Origin: Octopus vulgaris
Taxonomy: Eukaryota
Length of the DNA: 64,000 bases
NCBI GenBank assembly: GCA_951406725.2
Contig: OX597827.1
Span: 78,306,001 to 78,370,000, forward strand
Reading direction: 5' to 3'
The position numbers were made by a program, and so were the translations under genes. Shown one piece after another: positions 25,451 to 38,935 of this stretch (position 1 is its first letter; every line of letters begins with the position of its first letter). The notes beneath the pieces are model-generated. The model had not been told where the DNA came from. It did not search any database and saw only the letters and a list, made by a program, of their open reading frames with translations.

Positions 25451-26482
25451 CAGCTTCCAAGTCTGGGAACTGAGAGTTTTGACTATCGAATGTGAAATAC
25501 TAGTGACAACAATGACGACGACGAAAATGATGATGATGGTAATGAGGAGGATGATGATGAAGGTGATGGCGAATGTATGATATTAGTTGTTACATTTTAC
25601 TGATTACATTTCAATTTTTACCCAGACAGTAAAAAAAAACCAACATGACAATGGATGACAATAGCAGCCATGTTGTTTTTCCAAACTTTTCACTCAAAAC
25701 CTTCTGCCTGGCTTAAAGTTTTAAATAAATTCTGCTCTTGTTCATGGTGCAAGACCCAGTTTGTGTAAATGGAGCAGACAGGATAGAATTGAGTGAAATG
25801 TCTCCAGCACATTACTGTTCTCCCTCACATTAACTCCATAAATTTAAACAAATAACCTCAAAGAAGATACCTTCAAATGTAATCTTTATGAATTAGACAT
25901 GTGATATGAAGCAGACGGTTGAGGCCACATTTCCTGGAAACATTGGGGCTTAAGTGCTGGGAAGGTTTTCTTCAGAATTTTTCATGGCATTCCCAGTGTT
26001 TTAAAGAGTGTGGTGAATTATTTTTTCAAATGTTCATTGCTAATTGGAGAATGTCTGACTCATGGTGCTGATGAAACAATTCTGAAAATGAAAAAAACAA
26101 AGAGAAAAATGCAATTAGACATCAGGAATATAATAATAATGACAACAACAACAACAACAATAATAATAATAATAATAATAATGACAACAACAATAATAAT
26201 AGTAATAATAATAATTTCAAATTATTGCCACAAGGGCAGCTTGGAGGAGGTGGGGATGAGTCGATTACGACTCCAGTGTTCAGTTGTTACTTATTTTACT
26301 GACCCCAAAAGGATGACAGGCAAACTCGACCTCAGCGGAATTTGAACTCCGAATGTAGTGATGGACAAAATACTGCTAAACATTTCATCCTGTGTGCTGA
26401 TGATTCTGCCAGTTCACCACCGTAACTAACAACAACAACAACAGTAATAATAATAATAATAATAATAATGAGGTGATTATAA

Positions 26483-26534
26483 TCAAAATAAGCAACAACT
26501 ACACTACCTTTGGATATCCTTGTTGCTTATTTTG

Positions 26535-26535
<1 letters not shown>
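26483..26535. repeat. Collapsed fold-back of the 29895 family
   Basis: 16-bp perfect arms TCAAAATAAGCAACAA / TTGTTGCTTATTTTGA; adjoins (TA)n. Confidence 0.8.
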
Positions 26536-26581
<46 letters not shown>

Positions 26582-26817
26582 ATTGATGAAGGAAAGAGAA
26601 GATGGATTTAGTGCTGCTCCTTATTCAGTTTGATGATCATTTTGACCTATCCTGCAGCTGTGGGTAGGATTTTGGGCATCCGATTGTGTAGCATCAATCT
26701 GTGCAGTTTTGTGTCACACCAGGTACATGCACAAAGAAGGGGATGTCCCGCTAGATATACTCAGTTGCCTTAGACAAACTGTTCTTGCCCACTGTACACT
26801 TTGGTACATATACTTAT

Positions 26818-26844
<27 letters not shown>

Positions 26845-26850
<6 letters not shown>

Positions 26851-27140
26851 CAAAATTTAGAGGACTGACCACTAAAAGTAGACGGCCTTTATACTAGATA
26901 TAGACGTCAAAATCACTATTTTCCACGAAGAATGTCTTCTCAAGAAAAAAATTCCACATTCTTCGTGGAAAATGGTGATTTTGACGTCTATATCTAGCAT
27001 AAAGGCCGTCTACTTTTAGTGGTCATTCCTCTAAATTTTGTATGTAAAAAAATTTTTAATCTTCGGATATTTTTAAAATATGCTAGGCCACTGGTTTTAA
27101 TTGATTAATATCAATTTCTACCCTTATTTAATTTACACAT
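26845..27140 (+). repeat. Fold-back element (hairpin plus tail)
   Basis: About 87-90-bp arms (26849-26935 and 26956-27042) with ~3 mismatches and a 20-nt loop, then a ~95-bp tail. Starts in (TA)n. Confidence 0.9.
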
Positions 27141-29142
27141 ATACACAGAATTGATATCTAAACATCAAACAATAAATCCACAGTAATTAACAGCTCAATT
27201 AGTAACAGGTTGTTAAACTCTTGACAGCTTATTACATTGCATGAAATCCACATACACAAAAGAGAGAGAGAGAGAGAGAGAAAGAGAGGATTATTTCATT
27301 ATACGCTTATGTCAATCACACTGTGAAGCCATTCAAAGCTGGTTTAAGAAAGGAAGCATGATAATGTTGATATCTTGATATTTGGGTAACTGAAAAATCA
27401 AAGGTGACATGTCACACACACACACACACAAACATACACTCTCTCTCACTCACACACACACACACACACATTCATAAAGTCCTCCATCTAATTTACTTTG
27501 GCTTCCACAGTTCCTCGGCTGCGGCTATGGTGATTGAGTGTAATTACAGCTAACAGATGGACACTGGTTCAAGGACATGACACCTCAACCGCCCACCACC
27601 ACCACCTCAGTGCAATGTCATCATTCTGTCTAGTTTGTGACCAACAAATGAAGAATGTTAACGAATAGCTGTTAATTAAAGGTGTTGTAACTACAACCGA
27701 CACCAGTGCCATTCCCCCAACAAACACAGGGTTAATGAGGAAACGTCTATGGAGTTATAGAGTCGGCTAGAAATAGCAGCCAAGTCTCCCTTGAATCACA
27801 CAATACTGTTTTTGAAAGGTCCTGCTGTATATCGGTTTTTTTTGTATCAGGTTTGCAAGATCCTTTATGTGAATTTGTGAAACAAATTTTGTAGTGTCTC
27901 GGGAGGATCATTATGCCAATATTAACACACACACTGGTTCAATTCCACTCTTTTATTATTAGTCACTTGTTAGTTGGATATTTAACCAATGACTCTCCCT
28001 AGACACAACAAAATCCTGCTGTATAAATGTGTATCATAAGTGTACTGCCAAGAAAAAAATGTTGTGATGGCCACAGATGGAATGAATCTAATCATTGGAC
28101 TACCTGACCAAGGTTGACATAGGACTCAGCAACTATAACAACCTCCAACACAAACAAGGTCTCTGTTAACACATCATTGGGCCAACATTTTAATTAGGGG
28201 TTTAATTTGGAGTAGAATTATCCAGGAAATATAATATATGCATGTGCAGGTGTGGCTGTGTGGGTAAGAAGCTTGCTTCCCAACCACATGGATTCTGGTT
28301 CAGTCCCACTTTGTGTCAAGTGTCTTCTACTAAAGTGGATGTAACTCATCTTTTATCTTTTGGTTTTCACTTGTTTCAGTCATTAGACTAAGGCCATGCT
28401 GGGGCACTGCCTTTTAACTGAATGAATCAACCTCAGGATTTATTTTTTTAAAGCCTAGTTCTTATTCTACTGGTCTCTTTTGCTGAATTGCAAAGTTACG
28501 GGGGACGTAAATACACCAACACTGGTTTTCGAGCAGTGGAGGACAAACACTGACACCAGGACACATATGCTACATGGCAGTGAAACATGGGCTGCGACTG
28601 CTGAGGACATGTGTAAGCTTGCAAGAAATGAAGCTAGTATTCTCCACTGGATTTTCTATAGCCAGATGCTGTTTCCATTGCTAATCTCCACTGGTTTCCA
28701 AGGCAATATTTCTTCCCTAAGAACTTCAAACAACAGACAGCTTAATGGTTGGACATGTTTTTGGAAGGGATTGCAAACAAATGACATTGTCTGTAAGAAT
28801 GTCATCTTTTTTTGCAGTTAATAGATGAACATCAGGATAAAGAAAACACACATATACATACATGTCATTATAGAAAAATAGGCATGTGTGTATACATCAT
28901 CACCATTACCATCATTTAATACCCATTTTCCATGCTGGCATGGGAGAGATGGTGTAACTGTAGCTGGCAAGTCAGAAGACAGAACCAAACTCAGCTCTCT
29001 GTTTTGACAGGGTTTCTACAGCTGGATGGACAGATGCAGACAGATGGATGTACAGACACATGCACAAATGAACGTACATATGTATGTGTGTGCGTGTGTG
29101 TACGTACATACGTACATACATAAATATATATATATATATATA

Positions 29143-29465
29143 TCATCATCATTATCATCATCATCGTTTAACGTCCGTTCTCCATGCTAGCATGGGTTGG
29201 ACGGTTCAACTGGGGTCTGGGAAGCCAGAAGGCTGCACCAAGCTCCAGTCTGATCTGGCAGTGTTTCTACAGCTGGATGCCCTTCCTAACACAAACCACT
29301 CCGAGAGCGTAGTGGGTGCTTTTTACGTGCCACCGGCATGGAGACCAGACGAGGCTGGCAGACGGCCACGATCAGATGGTGCTTTCTACGTGCCACCGGC
29401 ACGGAGGCCAGTCAAGGCGGCGCTGGCTACGGCCACGTTCGGATGGTTCTCTTATGTGCCACCGT
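29143..29465 (-). mobile_element. RTE-type LINE 3' end
   Basis: (ATC)n tail, terminal block and VNTR units. Confidence 0.85.
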
Positions 29466-29483
29466 TAAAATCCAGAAAGTAGT

Positions 29484-29716
29484 GTTAATATAATTTATTA
29501 ACTGCAAAAATTCAACATGTTCACTTACAGATGTTTCTCATTAGAGGAGTAAAAAAGACAAGTCGTTAGGTTATTGCATATTATTCTTCCAAAACATTTC
29601 AACAGAGATTTTGCCCAATAAAATGTTTCAATTACTGGAAATTAATTCTTTTGGGCAAAATTGAAACAGCTGTAATTGAACATGTTGAATTTTTGCAGTT
29701 AATAAATTATATTAAC
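29484..29716. repeat. Fold-back element with hammerhead 3' half
   Basis: 54-bp arms (29484-29537 and 29663-29716) with 2 mismatches; the right arm begins GAAACAGCTGTA. Confidence 0.85.
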
Positions 29717-29894
29717 GTTACTTCTCCATTTTCTGGATTCTAATTTGAATATTTATAAACCAAGATTTGCATATAAAACTATTATTTTAGGAATATTACT
29801 ATTCACAACAAAATAATAGATAACAAACCAGCAATTCATTGAATATTTTCTATCCCTTAAGGTAGTTTTTTAACCTCTATTTAAATATATATAC

Positions 29895-30255
29895 ATAATC
29901 AAAATAAGCAACAAGGATATCCAGAGGTAATGCAGTACGATCGTTTCATGCGACTCCATTTAATTGAACAATGCAAGTATTATATCAATTTAAAATGTAG
30001 AGCAATCTTTAGTTACATAAAAATATAGAATTTTACGCAGCTGAAGATTGCTCTAGATTTTAAATTGATGCAATACTTGCATTGTTCAATTAAATGGAGT
30101 CGCATGAAACGATCGTACTGCATTACCTCTGGATATCCTTGTTGCTTATTTTGATTATAATCCCCCCATTTAATTTATATGGATAATACCATACAAAATT
30201 CTGGTGCCTTCAACTTAAGTACCATATTCATCTGAATCTAAATTTTACTGAACTT
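29895..30255 (+). mobile_element. Fold-back plus tail element (putative PLE terminus)
   Basis: About 128-bp inverted arms (29895-30022 and 30031-30158), then a ~97-bp tail homologous to the reverse complement of 34619-34714. TA-flanked. Confidence 0.85.
30037..30121 (+). ncRNA. Type I hammerhead ribozyme candidate
   Basis: GCAG-CUGAAGA-[long stem II with AAUUGA/UCAAUU and UGCAA/UUGCA]-GAAA-CGAUCG-UA^CUGC. Confidence 0.75.
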
Positions 30256-30299
30256 ATATATATATATATATTCACACACACACATGCCATTTGTCTACC

Positions 30300-30530
30300 C
30301 TAGAAGTCTGAGGAAGCTAGAGTTAAATGAATAGCCGGTGAGAGCCACACAAGCCATATACAGAGGTGCAGTCAGTAAGGTGAGATTTAGTACTTAGTAC
30401 AACAATAAGTTTGATGTATTGGTAGGAGTTCACCAGGGCTCAGTTCTCAGCCCCTCCCCCCATCTATTCATCAATGTCCTCCTGGTCATAATAGAGGAAA
30501 TTAAGACCAGTCGCCCCTGGGAGCACTAGC
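30300..30530 (+). mobile_element. RTE-type LINE reverse-transcriptase fragment
   Basis: Translates VGVHQGSVLSP at ~30422. Another ORF2 piece (MLHGSETW) lies at ~28565-28650. Confidence 0.7.
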
Positions 30531-31225
30531 ACGCTTACCTACCCACACAGCCGTTTTTCTGTTTTTTCAATTTACACCACTTAGTTGAGGGGATTTCTCT
30601 TGCAAGTGGTTACCTGGCTTCACCATTGGTGGAACCATGAAAATAAGCACCTGGTACACTTTGCGAAGTGGTTGGTATTAAAAAGGGTATTCAGCTATAG
30701 AAACCATAACGAAGCAGACATGGTGATTGGTGCAGTCCATTGAGGTGTCAGTTCATGTTGAACTATCCACTCCATGCCTGTATGGAAAGCGGACATTAAA
30801 CAACCATGATGATGTTGATGTTAAACACATTTCATATATATATATATATATACATGTGTATATATAAATACACACACACACACACATATATATATGTGTA
30901 CATGTACTTGGCTGTGTGGTAAAAGCTTGCTTTCCAAACACATGGTACTGGGTTTGTCCTCCCAACATCGCTTGACAACCAATGTTGGTGTGCTTACATC
31001 CCTGTAACTTTGCAGTTTGGCAAAAGAGACCGATAGAATAAGTACCAGGCTTACAAAGAATAAGTCCTGAGACCAATTCATTTGATTAAAGGCGGTGCTC
31101 CAGCACGGACACAATTAAATGACTGAAACTACTATTTTTTTATATACACACACACACACACACACACACAACCCATGCTAGCATGGAAAGCGGACGTTAA
31201 ACGATGATGATGATGATGATGATGA

Positions 31226-31275
<50 letters not shown>

Positions 31276-31562
31276 ATACATATGTATATATATATATATG
31301 TATGTATATACATATGTATATATATACTACATACACATATATTATATATATACACAGAATATTCTACTCTTATAGCCATTTGTCGGGTGACAACGACATC
31401 AAGACACAAGATAAGTCAGTGTGGTACTGTTTGATAAACAATAATTTTAATCAATAAGATAAAACAAGGTTTCAATACGCAATTATAATCAAGTAATTAT
31501 TGTAGTTAATACGCAGAAAATAAAATGCCATGTTATCTGTTTAATCTATATGTATGTATATA

Positions 31563-31598
<36 letters not shown>

Positions 31599-31615
31599 CA
31601 TAACACATACATAAT

Positions 31616-31663
<48 letters not shown>

Positions 31664-32002
31664 CATATATAAATTTTATATATATATAGACGGAGAGAGA
31701 GAGAGAAAAACGTATATATTATATGTTATATTTATATAAATGTTATAATGTATATGTATATATATATATATGGTACAGGTAAGGTATATGGATGTGTGTA
31801 TATATATATATATGTACACACACACAATATAACATGCAGATAATTTATATTTTTAAGTATAACTTTTTTATATATGTAAAAATTTAAATATATTTATATA
31901 AAAACATATATGTAAATGTGTATATGTATATGTTATATATACATAATGCAATATTTTTTGTCATAATACACACATATATACATATATATATCTTTATATA
32001 AG

Positions 32003-32054
<52 letters not shown>

Positions 32055-32546
32055 TATGTATATATTTATATAAGTATGTATATATGTATGTTACATGTAT
32101 GAATTATATTTTGAGATACATATATACAATATACAATATCTCAAAATACATATTCTTCACACGATATTTACGTAACACATATTACAGATACAAATACACA
32201 CATATATATATATGTACATATCTATCTAGCTATTATATGTATGTTTGTCATCGTTCAGTTTTATTTCAAGATTTCTTGCCAATAGAGAATGAGCTGGTTT
32301 CTAACCTAGATCCAAGACTTCTTCATTAGAATTTCAACAACATCAACAAGCTATTTTTGTATATATGTATGTATATGTGTAGATTTGTATGATTTGTCTT
32401 ATGTATGTATTCTCATGCATATAGTTGCATACCCAAACATGCTCATATACACTTAAACGATAAACTTCTGGAAAGTTTTACAGATTTTTACAGTTCTAGT
32501 GATGGCTTGCATCTGTAGTCTTCAAATTAGCATTCTCATGTATGTA

Positions 32547-32600
<54 letters not shown>

Positions 32601-32736
32601 TGTGTGTGTATTATGTGTATTATATATTGCTGCATATATAATAACTATTTATATTTACACATTTTTTTTACAGTAAAAATATATTTGGAAACATTTTTCA
32701 TGTGGATACAAATTTTTGTCTTTATTTTTATATATT

Positions 32737-32788
<52 letters not shown>

Positions 32789-32932
32789 TGCATATATACA
32801 TATACACATATGTATATATAGATATACACATATATATATTTTATGCTTTTCCTCATGCATATCATTACTAATAACCAGTTGTTAAAACTATGCTACAGAG
32901 TCAAGCACCTGGAGAGTACAAAGCTTTATATA

Positions 32933-33233
32933 AATTAATGAATGATAAAAGAATGGTAGTTATGTAATCCCTTTCATAAGCTTACAGATGTTTCTGCTAC
33001 AAAGAGCAGTGCACTCAATGGAGAATGTTTAAAATGAAGTGCATGTATATTTTGGAAAGCATTTAGACAAGCGTCTTGATTACAATCAGAACAACATAAT
33101 AGGGAAGTAATAATGAAGAAGCTATAAGATTCTGCATAAGCACCCAGCTCTGAATGTAATGTGTTTTATAGCAGAAACAACTGTAAGCTAATGGGTGATC
33201 ACATAACTCCTGGTCTTTCTGTATTCATTAATT
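32933..33233. repeat. Diverged fold-back element with hammerhead remnants
   Basis: AGCTTACAGATGTTTCTGCTA (32979) pairs with TAGCAGAAACAACTGTAAGCT (33169); outer arms AATTAATGAAT / ATTCATTAATT. Confidence 0.7.
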
Positions 33234-33470
33234 AATAACATGTAATATTTTTAATAGTAAAACATCTTTAGATAAAAATAGTTTTTGTGTGAATGCATAA
33301 TTTTATATTTTTAATTTCACACAGGTGTGTGTGTGTGTGTGTGTGTGTTTAATAATTGAGGGGATGAGTAAAATGTCTTAAGAAGTGAATGAAATCTAAA
33401 ATTATTGCATAAAATTGCTTATGTGATATTAAGTTCAAGTCCTTTTTCATCAAACAAAATAAAAAATTAA

Positions 33471-33524
<54 letters not shown>

Positions 33525-34585
33525 GGAAAACAAAAAAAAAAAATGAAAGATGAAGACAGGTGTATTAGTATAATGCTCAGGAAGTGAAAAAGTCTTTAAC
33601 ATTTTGAGCATACACTTTTCCACAGAAAGGAACAAGGAGGGAAAATAAAGAATGTGTAATGGCTAGCAATCTATCATAGCAATATATACATATATATATA
33701 TAAATATGTGTGTGTGTGTGTGTGTGTGTAGATAGATAGATGAATTTATAAACTTTCACAAGAATGTGAAGTAATTCCTTTTCGGAAGATTAGAACTTGA
33801 AGCACATCACATAGAGCTAAAGGTAACAGCCAGGGAATAACAGGTTGAAGAGCAATTTTGGATAGAAGAATGAAATGCTGTTCGTGGGACACAAAGCCAC
33901 TTCTCTTGCAGACATGACAAACCCACTTTGGGAAAACTTCCGAATTTTGCTATCGAAAAAAAGATTTTCAACCCAATATCTACATGTTATTATTTATAGC
34001 TTTATGTACTTCGAGAACCAGTTCTCCAAAACGGAAAACACACACACACACACACGGACAAACTTCAAAAACTTCTAATGCCTTATCAACATTTTATTTT
34101 CCTTCACACACACACACATTGTAAAGATACATAATTCTCTCACTTTTATTATTTTTATCCCCCTCTGTCCTTTTTATCCCCCTCTGTCTCAGCATTCTCC
34201 TGATAAATTCTACAAACTATAAATAACAATTTCATCCAAGTAACACTATTGTTTCTGAATCTTTGTCTGAGGAATCACAGACAGGACATCCCACACATAT
34301 TTCGTACATCTATATACCTCTCATGAAATTATCATATTTATAATATTAAAATTTATATTCATAACGTATTACCTACATGGTAATGAAACACATGCAACAT
34401 GGAATTAAAAGTATACCAAACTGATCAGCCTTCATTCTAATACACACACACATACAATATTAAATATTTATGAACATATATTTTATTACTGTATGTGTGT
34501 TGTATCATCATCATCACGTTAAACGATGATGATGACATAATACACATACAGTAATACAATACATATATATATATATAAAATACAG

Positions 34586-34618
<33 letters not shown>

Positions 34619-34621
<3 letters not shown>

Positions 34622-34925
34622 ATCAGCAACAATTTAGATTCAAATGAATATGGTACTTAATTTAGATGCACCAGAATTTTGTATGATGTTACTCATAAAA
34701 ATTTGCGGGGTGATTATAAAAAAAATAAGCAACAAGAATGGATCCGGTAATTTAGTACAATTGTTTCATACTACAACATTTTATTAAAAGCTGTAACTAT
34801 TACAGCAGATTTAAGTACTCAGCATCTTAAATCTGCTGTAATATTTACAGCTTTTAATAAAATGTTGTAGTATGAAACAATTGTACTAAATTACCGGAAT
34901 CATTCTTGTTGCTTATTTTTGATTA
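34619..34925 (-). mobile_element. Fold-back plus tail element, second copy of the 29895 family (inverted)
   Basis: About 95-bp arms (34721-34815 and 34826-34920), a 10-nt loop, GAAACAATTGTA in the arm and a shared tail. (TA)n on both sides. Confidence 0.85.
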
Positions 34926-35268
34926 TATATATATATATAATAGGATGTATAACATTAAACTGATATTAAATGCCCAAACTTTTAGTGGAGTATTCATTTA
35001 ATAAGCCGTTATGCAAGAAGGGGTGATAGTGACATGCATATTTATATAACATATGTAGAGTACCATAATACATATACATTACATATATATTATATATATT
35101 TCATATAATATATATTAACTTTATATATTGCATACATTTATAACTATATACATATATATAAATTGTAATTAAAGTTTAGATTTGAAATTTAAAATTTAGC
35201 ATCCAAACTGTATTTTGTGTATGTCCCTAGTAGTGTGCCGGCAGACCACATCCGCCCCTTATTTGTTC

Positions 35269-35304
35269 CTTTCTGTGGAAGAGCGTAGGCTTGAAACGTA
35301 AAAG
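35269..35304 (+). ncRNA. Minimal hammerhead-like motif with variant core
   Basis: CUUU-CUGUGGAA-GAGC-guag-GCUU-GAAA-CG-UA-AAAG. The tail runs to ~35395 into (TA)n. A decayed inverted copy lies at ~33545-33640. Confidence 0.55.
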
Positions 35305-35392
35305 ACTTTCTCACTTCTCGAGCGTTAAACTAACACATTTGTTTGTTTGTTTACACACCTGTCTTCGTCTTTTGTTTTTTTTGTAAATTCTC

Positions 35393-35429
<37 letters not shown>

Positions 35430-35648
35430 ATATATATATATATTTATACCTATATTAAATATATTTATATATTTATAGATATATTAAATTATATATATTT
35501 ATAGATATATTAAATTATATATATCTATAGATATATTAAATATATACTATTTATAGATATATATAAATATATATATATGGATATATTAAATATATATATA
35601 TATATTTATAAATATATTAAATATATATATATATATTTACTGATATAT

Positions 35649-35688
<40 letters not shown>

Positions 35689-35707
35689 CTGATATATTAA
35701 AAATATA

Positions 35708-35823
35708 TATCTGTAAATGTAATATGTGACAATTATTCACATATTACATTTACAGATAAATTCCTCTATTTACATAATATCAAGGTCTCTTTCATTCTTT
35801 TGTTGTCTTGCCATTTTTATCAA
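35708..35823 (+). repeat. Collapsed fold-back plus tail of the 61624 family
   Basis: Perfect 22-bp stem (35708-35729 and 35737-35758); the tail matches 61784-61855. Confidence 0.85.
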
Positions 35824-36112
35824 TATATATAAATATATTTATATATTATATATATATTACACATATATATATGAAGTTTATGGTAACAACTTAAATAATG
35901 ATAATTTTGTTTCCATACAACAGGGTAAAGGGTAAGTAGATTTCATTAATATAAATATAATGAATTCATATTATAATAATAAAAATAAATAGAATAATAT
36001 TATATATATATATATAAACACACACATGTACATATGTTCATACCTGTACATATATATATATGTGCATAAATATATACATTTATATACATATGTATAAACA
36101 TATACATATAAA

Positions 36113-36925
36113 CAGGGTGTGATGGGTAAATTGTAGCCATTTTATACTTCTAAATTCGGGCATGCGCATTGTTCGTTTATAATTTTGTTGACTAAGCAGT
36201 ATAGTAGGGTAAGTTGGGCACTGTCTGTAAGAAAAACACCACCATTTCATAATTTGCACTGCCAGAAATTTGGAAATGGCATGATGTACTGCATGGCATT
36301 CATGCCAGAAGTGATAAAAATCAAACATCCAGCCAACATCAAGGTGTTTGGAGTGATCACAAGTGATGGTGATATTATGCCTCCATTTATCTTCCCACAT
36401 GGCCTCAGACTCAACACGGAGGCCTACATCAAATGCCTGGAGGAGGTAGCACTGTCCTGGGTCTAGAGGGTGGCTGCTGGAAGACCCTACGTCTGGCAAT
36501 AGAACTTTGCACCATGCCATACAAGCAGGAAAATCCAGCCATGGGTTGTCAGACAATTTCTGCAACCACATCACCCCTAACATCTGCCCAACTAACTCCC
36601 CACATTGCAACCCCATTGATTATTATGTGCAGGGCACAGTTGAGCGAGAGACTAAAAAAACTCCTTGTAACAAGATGAACTGAAGGCAAAGATTTTGGCA
36701 GCATTCACCAATTTACACAAGGAGACCATCCAGAAGAATTGCAGGAGATTCCAAAGACGTCTGGAGGCTGTGGTTGAAGCCAATGGCGATTTTATTGAAT
36801 AAATTTATTTTTTATTTTTTCAAGATATTTTTATGCAATTTTAGTAAATATATCGGTTGAAATGAGATGACAGTGTTATTTTCATTTTTGTCTAATTTAG
36901 ATGACAGATTATTCACTGCACTCTG
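36113..36925 (+). mobile_element. Internally deleted Tc1/mariner-superfamily (DDxD) transposon
   Basis: CAGGGTG...CACTCTG termini in a TA context. KHPANIKVFGVITSDG...LNTEAYIKCL, then APCH and NSPHCNPIDYY motifs, with stop codons. Confidence 0.85.
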
Positions 36926-38709
36926 TATATATATATATATATATATACATAAGATGTATAACATTAAACTGATATTAAACGTCCAAAATTTTAGTGGAGT
37001 ATTCATTTAATAAATACTCTTGCTGTTTTTATATGTATATTAAATATATATAATTTAATATACATATATATAAGGATATTCATACATATATATGTATGTA
37101 TATAGATATATATATATATATATATCATTATTATTATTATTATATTATTACATACACACATATACATACATATATATGTATGAAGATGCTTATATATATG
37201 TATTTATATATATATATATGAATGTTTATATGTAAATATGTGTGTGTATATATATACACATATATATCTATATCTATATATATATACACACATATACATA
37301 AACATTCATATATATATACATACATATATATAAACATATTTATATATATATATATATCCCTGTATCAAGCAAACTATCAGAGGTTATACACCACTGGTCA
37401 CAATGCAGTTCCTTGCATTGTTGTAGCTTTCAAATGCTAGCCACCACCCTACTGGCCAGGTGGGCAGCCTAACATCCCACCCCACCGCAACCCCCAAATG
37501 GAATTCCAGTCCATTGCAAGGTTAACCATATACAGCTGAGTAAACTAGAGTGACTCAAAATGAAGTATTTCTCTCAAAATCTCAATACACCACTGATCTG
37601 GGAATTGAAACCACAACCTTGTGACTAATCCCTAGGCTGTCTGCGTTCATACACACGTGTATAAATACACAGAGGTATATGCAAATGTACACACACACAA
37701 TACACATATATACACACATACATACACACATAAATTTAATAGTTCCTTTTTGTGTCCATTTTTCCCATTCTATCATAGGTTAATCGAACATAATTTCTGA
37801 AACCCTTGTCCACTGGAGCTTGTGCACTTGCATGCAACACACAAACCCAAATTATGCAAAGAGCCATTTTCAAAATGAAATTGAATTTTATTAATTGAAG
37901 ATGGTTACTTTTATGGAAGCACACAAATTTTAGCAAAGGAAGACAAAATTACCACATAAGCAATTTCTTTGGCACAGCCAAAACAAAATATATATTTCTT
38001 TATTGCCCACAAGGGGCTAAACATAGAGGGGACCAACAAAAACAGACAAAGGGATTAAGTCGATTACATTGACCTCAGTGCGTAACTGGTACTTTATTTA
38101 TCGATCCCGAAAGGATGAAAGGCAAAGTCGACCTTGGTGGAATTTGAACTCAGAATGTAACGGCAGATGAAATACGGCTACGCATTTCGCCCGGCATGCT
38201 AACGATTCTGCCAGATCGCCGACTAATTAAATGGAACACTGATTTAGCCACTGTGATACAGCCTGATACACTTTCTTTTGCAACCCTAAATTCATATATT
38301 CCAATTTAGGGATTTCTTATTCTACATATCAACAAATGTGCCAAGGTAGAGGAAGACCTCTCAACAAGGAAATTGATTACAATGGGAGCACCTGGACTGG
38401 AGAAATGTTTTGAGAAATACACTTAGAAACAAACAGGTACATGCACCTGTACACAGGTGAGTGCGCAATATTATATGATGATAATAATAATTAACATATA
38501 TATAATTCAGAAACTGTAAACTATATATAAAATACATATAGGCATATAAATGCGATATGTATAATATATGTCATATAATGTTATAATACATACATACATA
38601 TATATATTTATATAGAGCTGTATGTATATATATAAGCACACACACATATACATTTATTATAGTATATTATATTCATCACATAAATATCACAAATGTAAAT
38701 AAAACAGAC

Positions 38710-38748
<39 letters not shown>

Positions 38749-38878
38749 AATATGCATAAACACTTTTACAAGATATTTATGTATTACATTTGTATAATAT
38801 GTATGTGTGTATGTATGTATTTTTAAAAATTTTATATTTGCTTTATATGAATATTAATTATATATATATACAGACATA

Positions 38879-38935
<57 letters not shown>

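Noticed and set aside
26845-27046. Pre-miRNA
   Set aside because: The stem is too long and nearly perfect, and it belongs to a recurring fold-back layout. No expression evidence.
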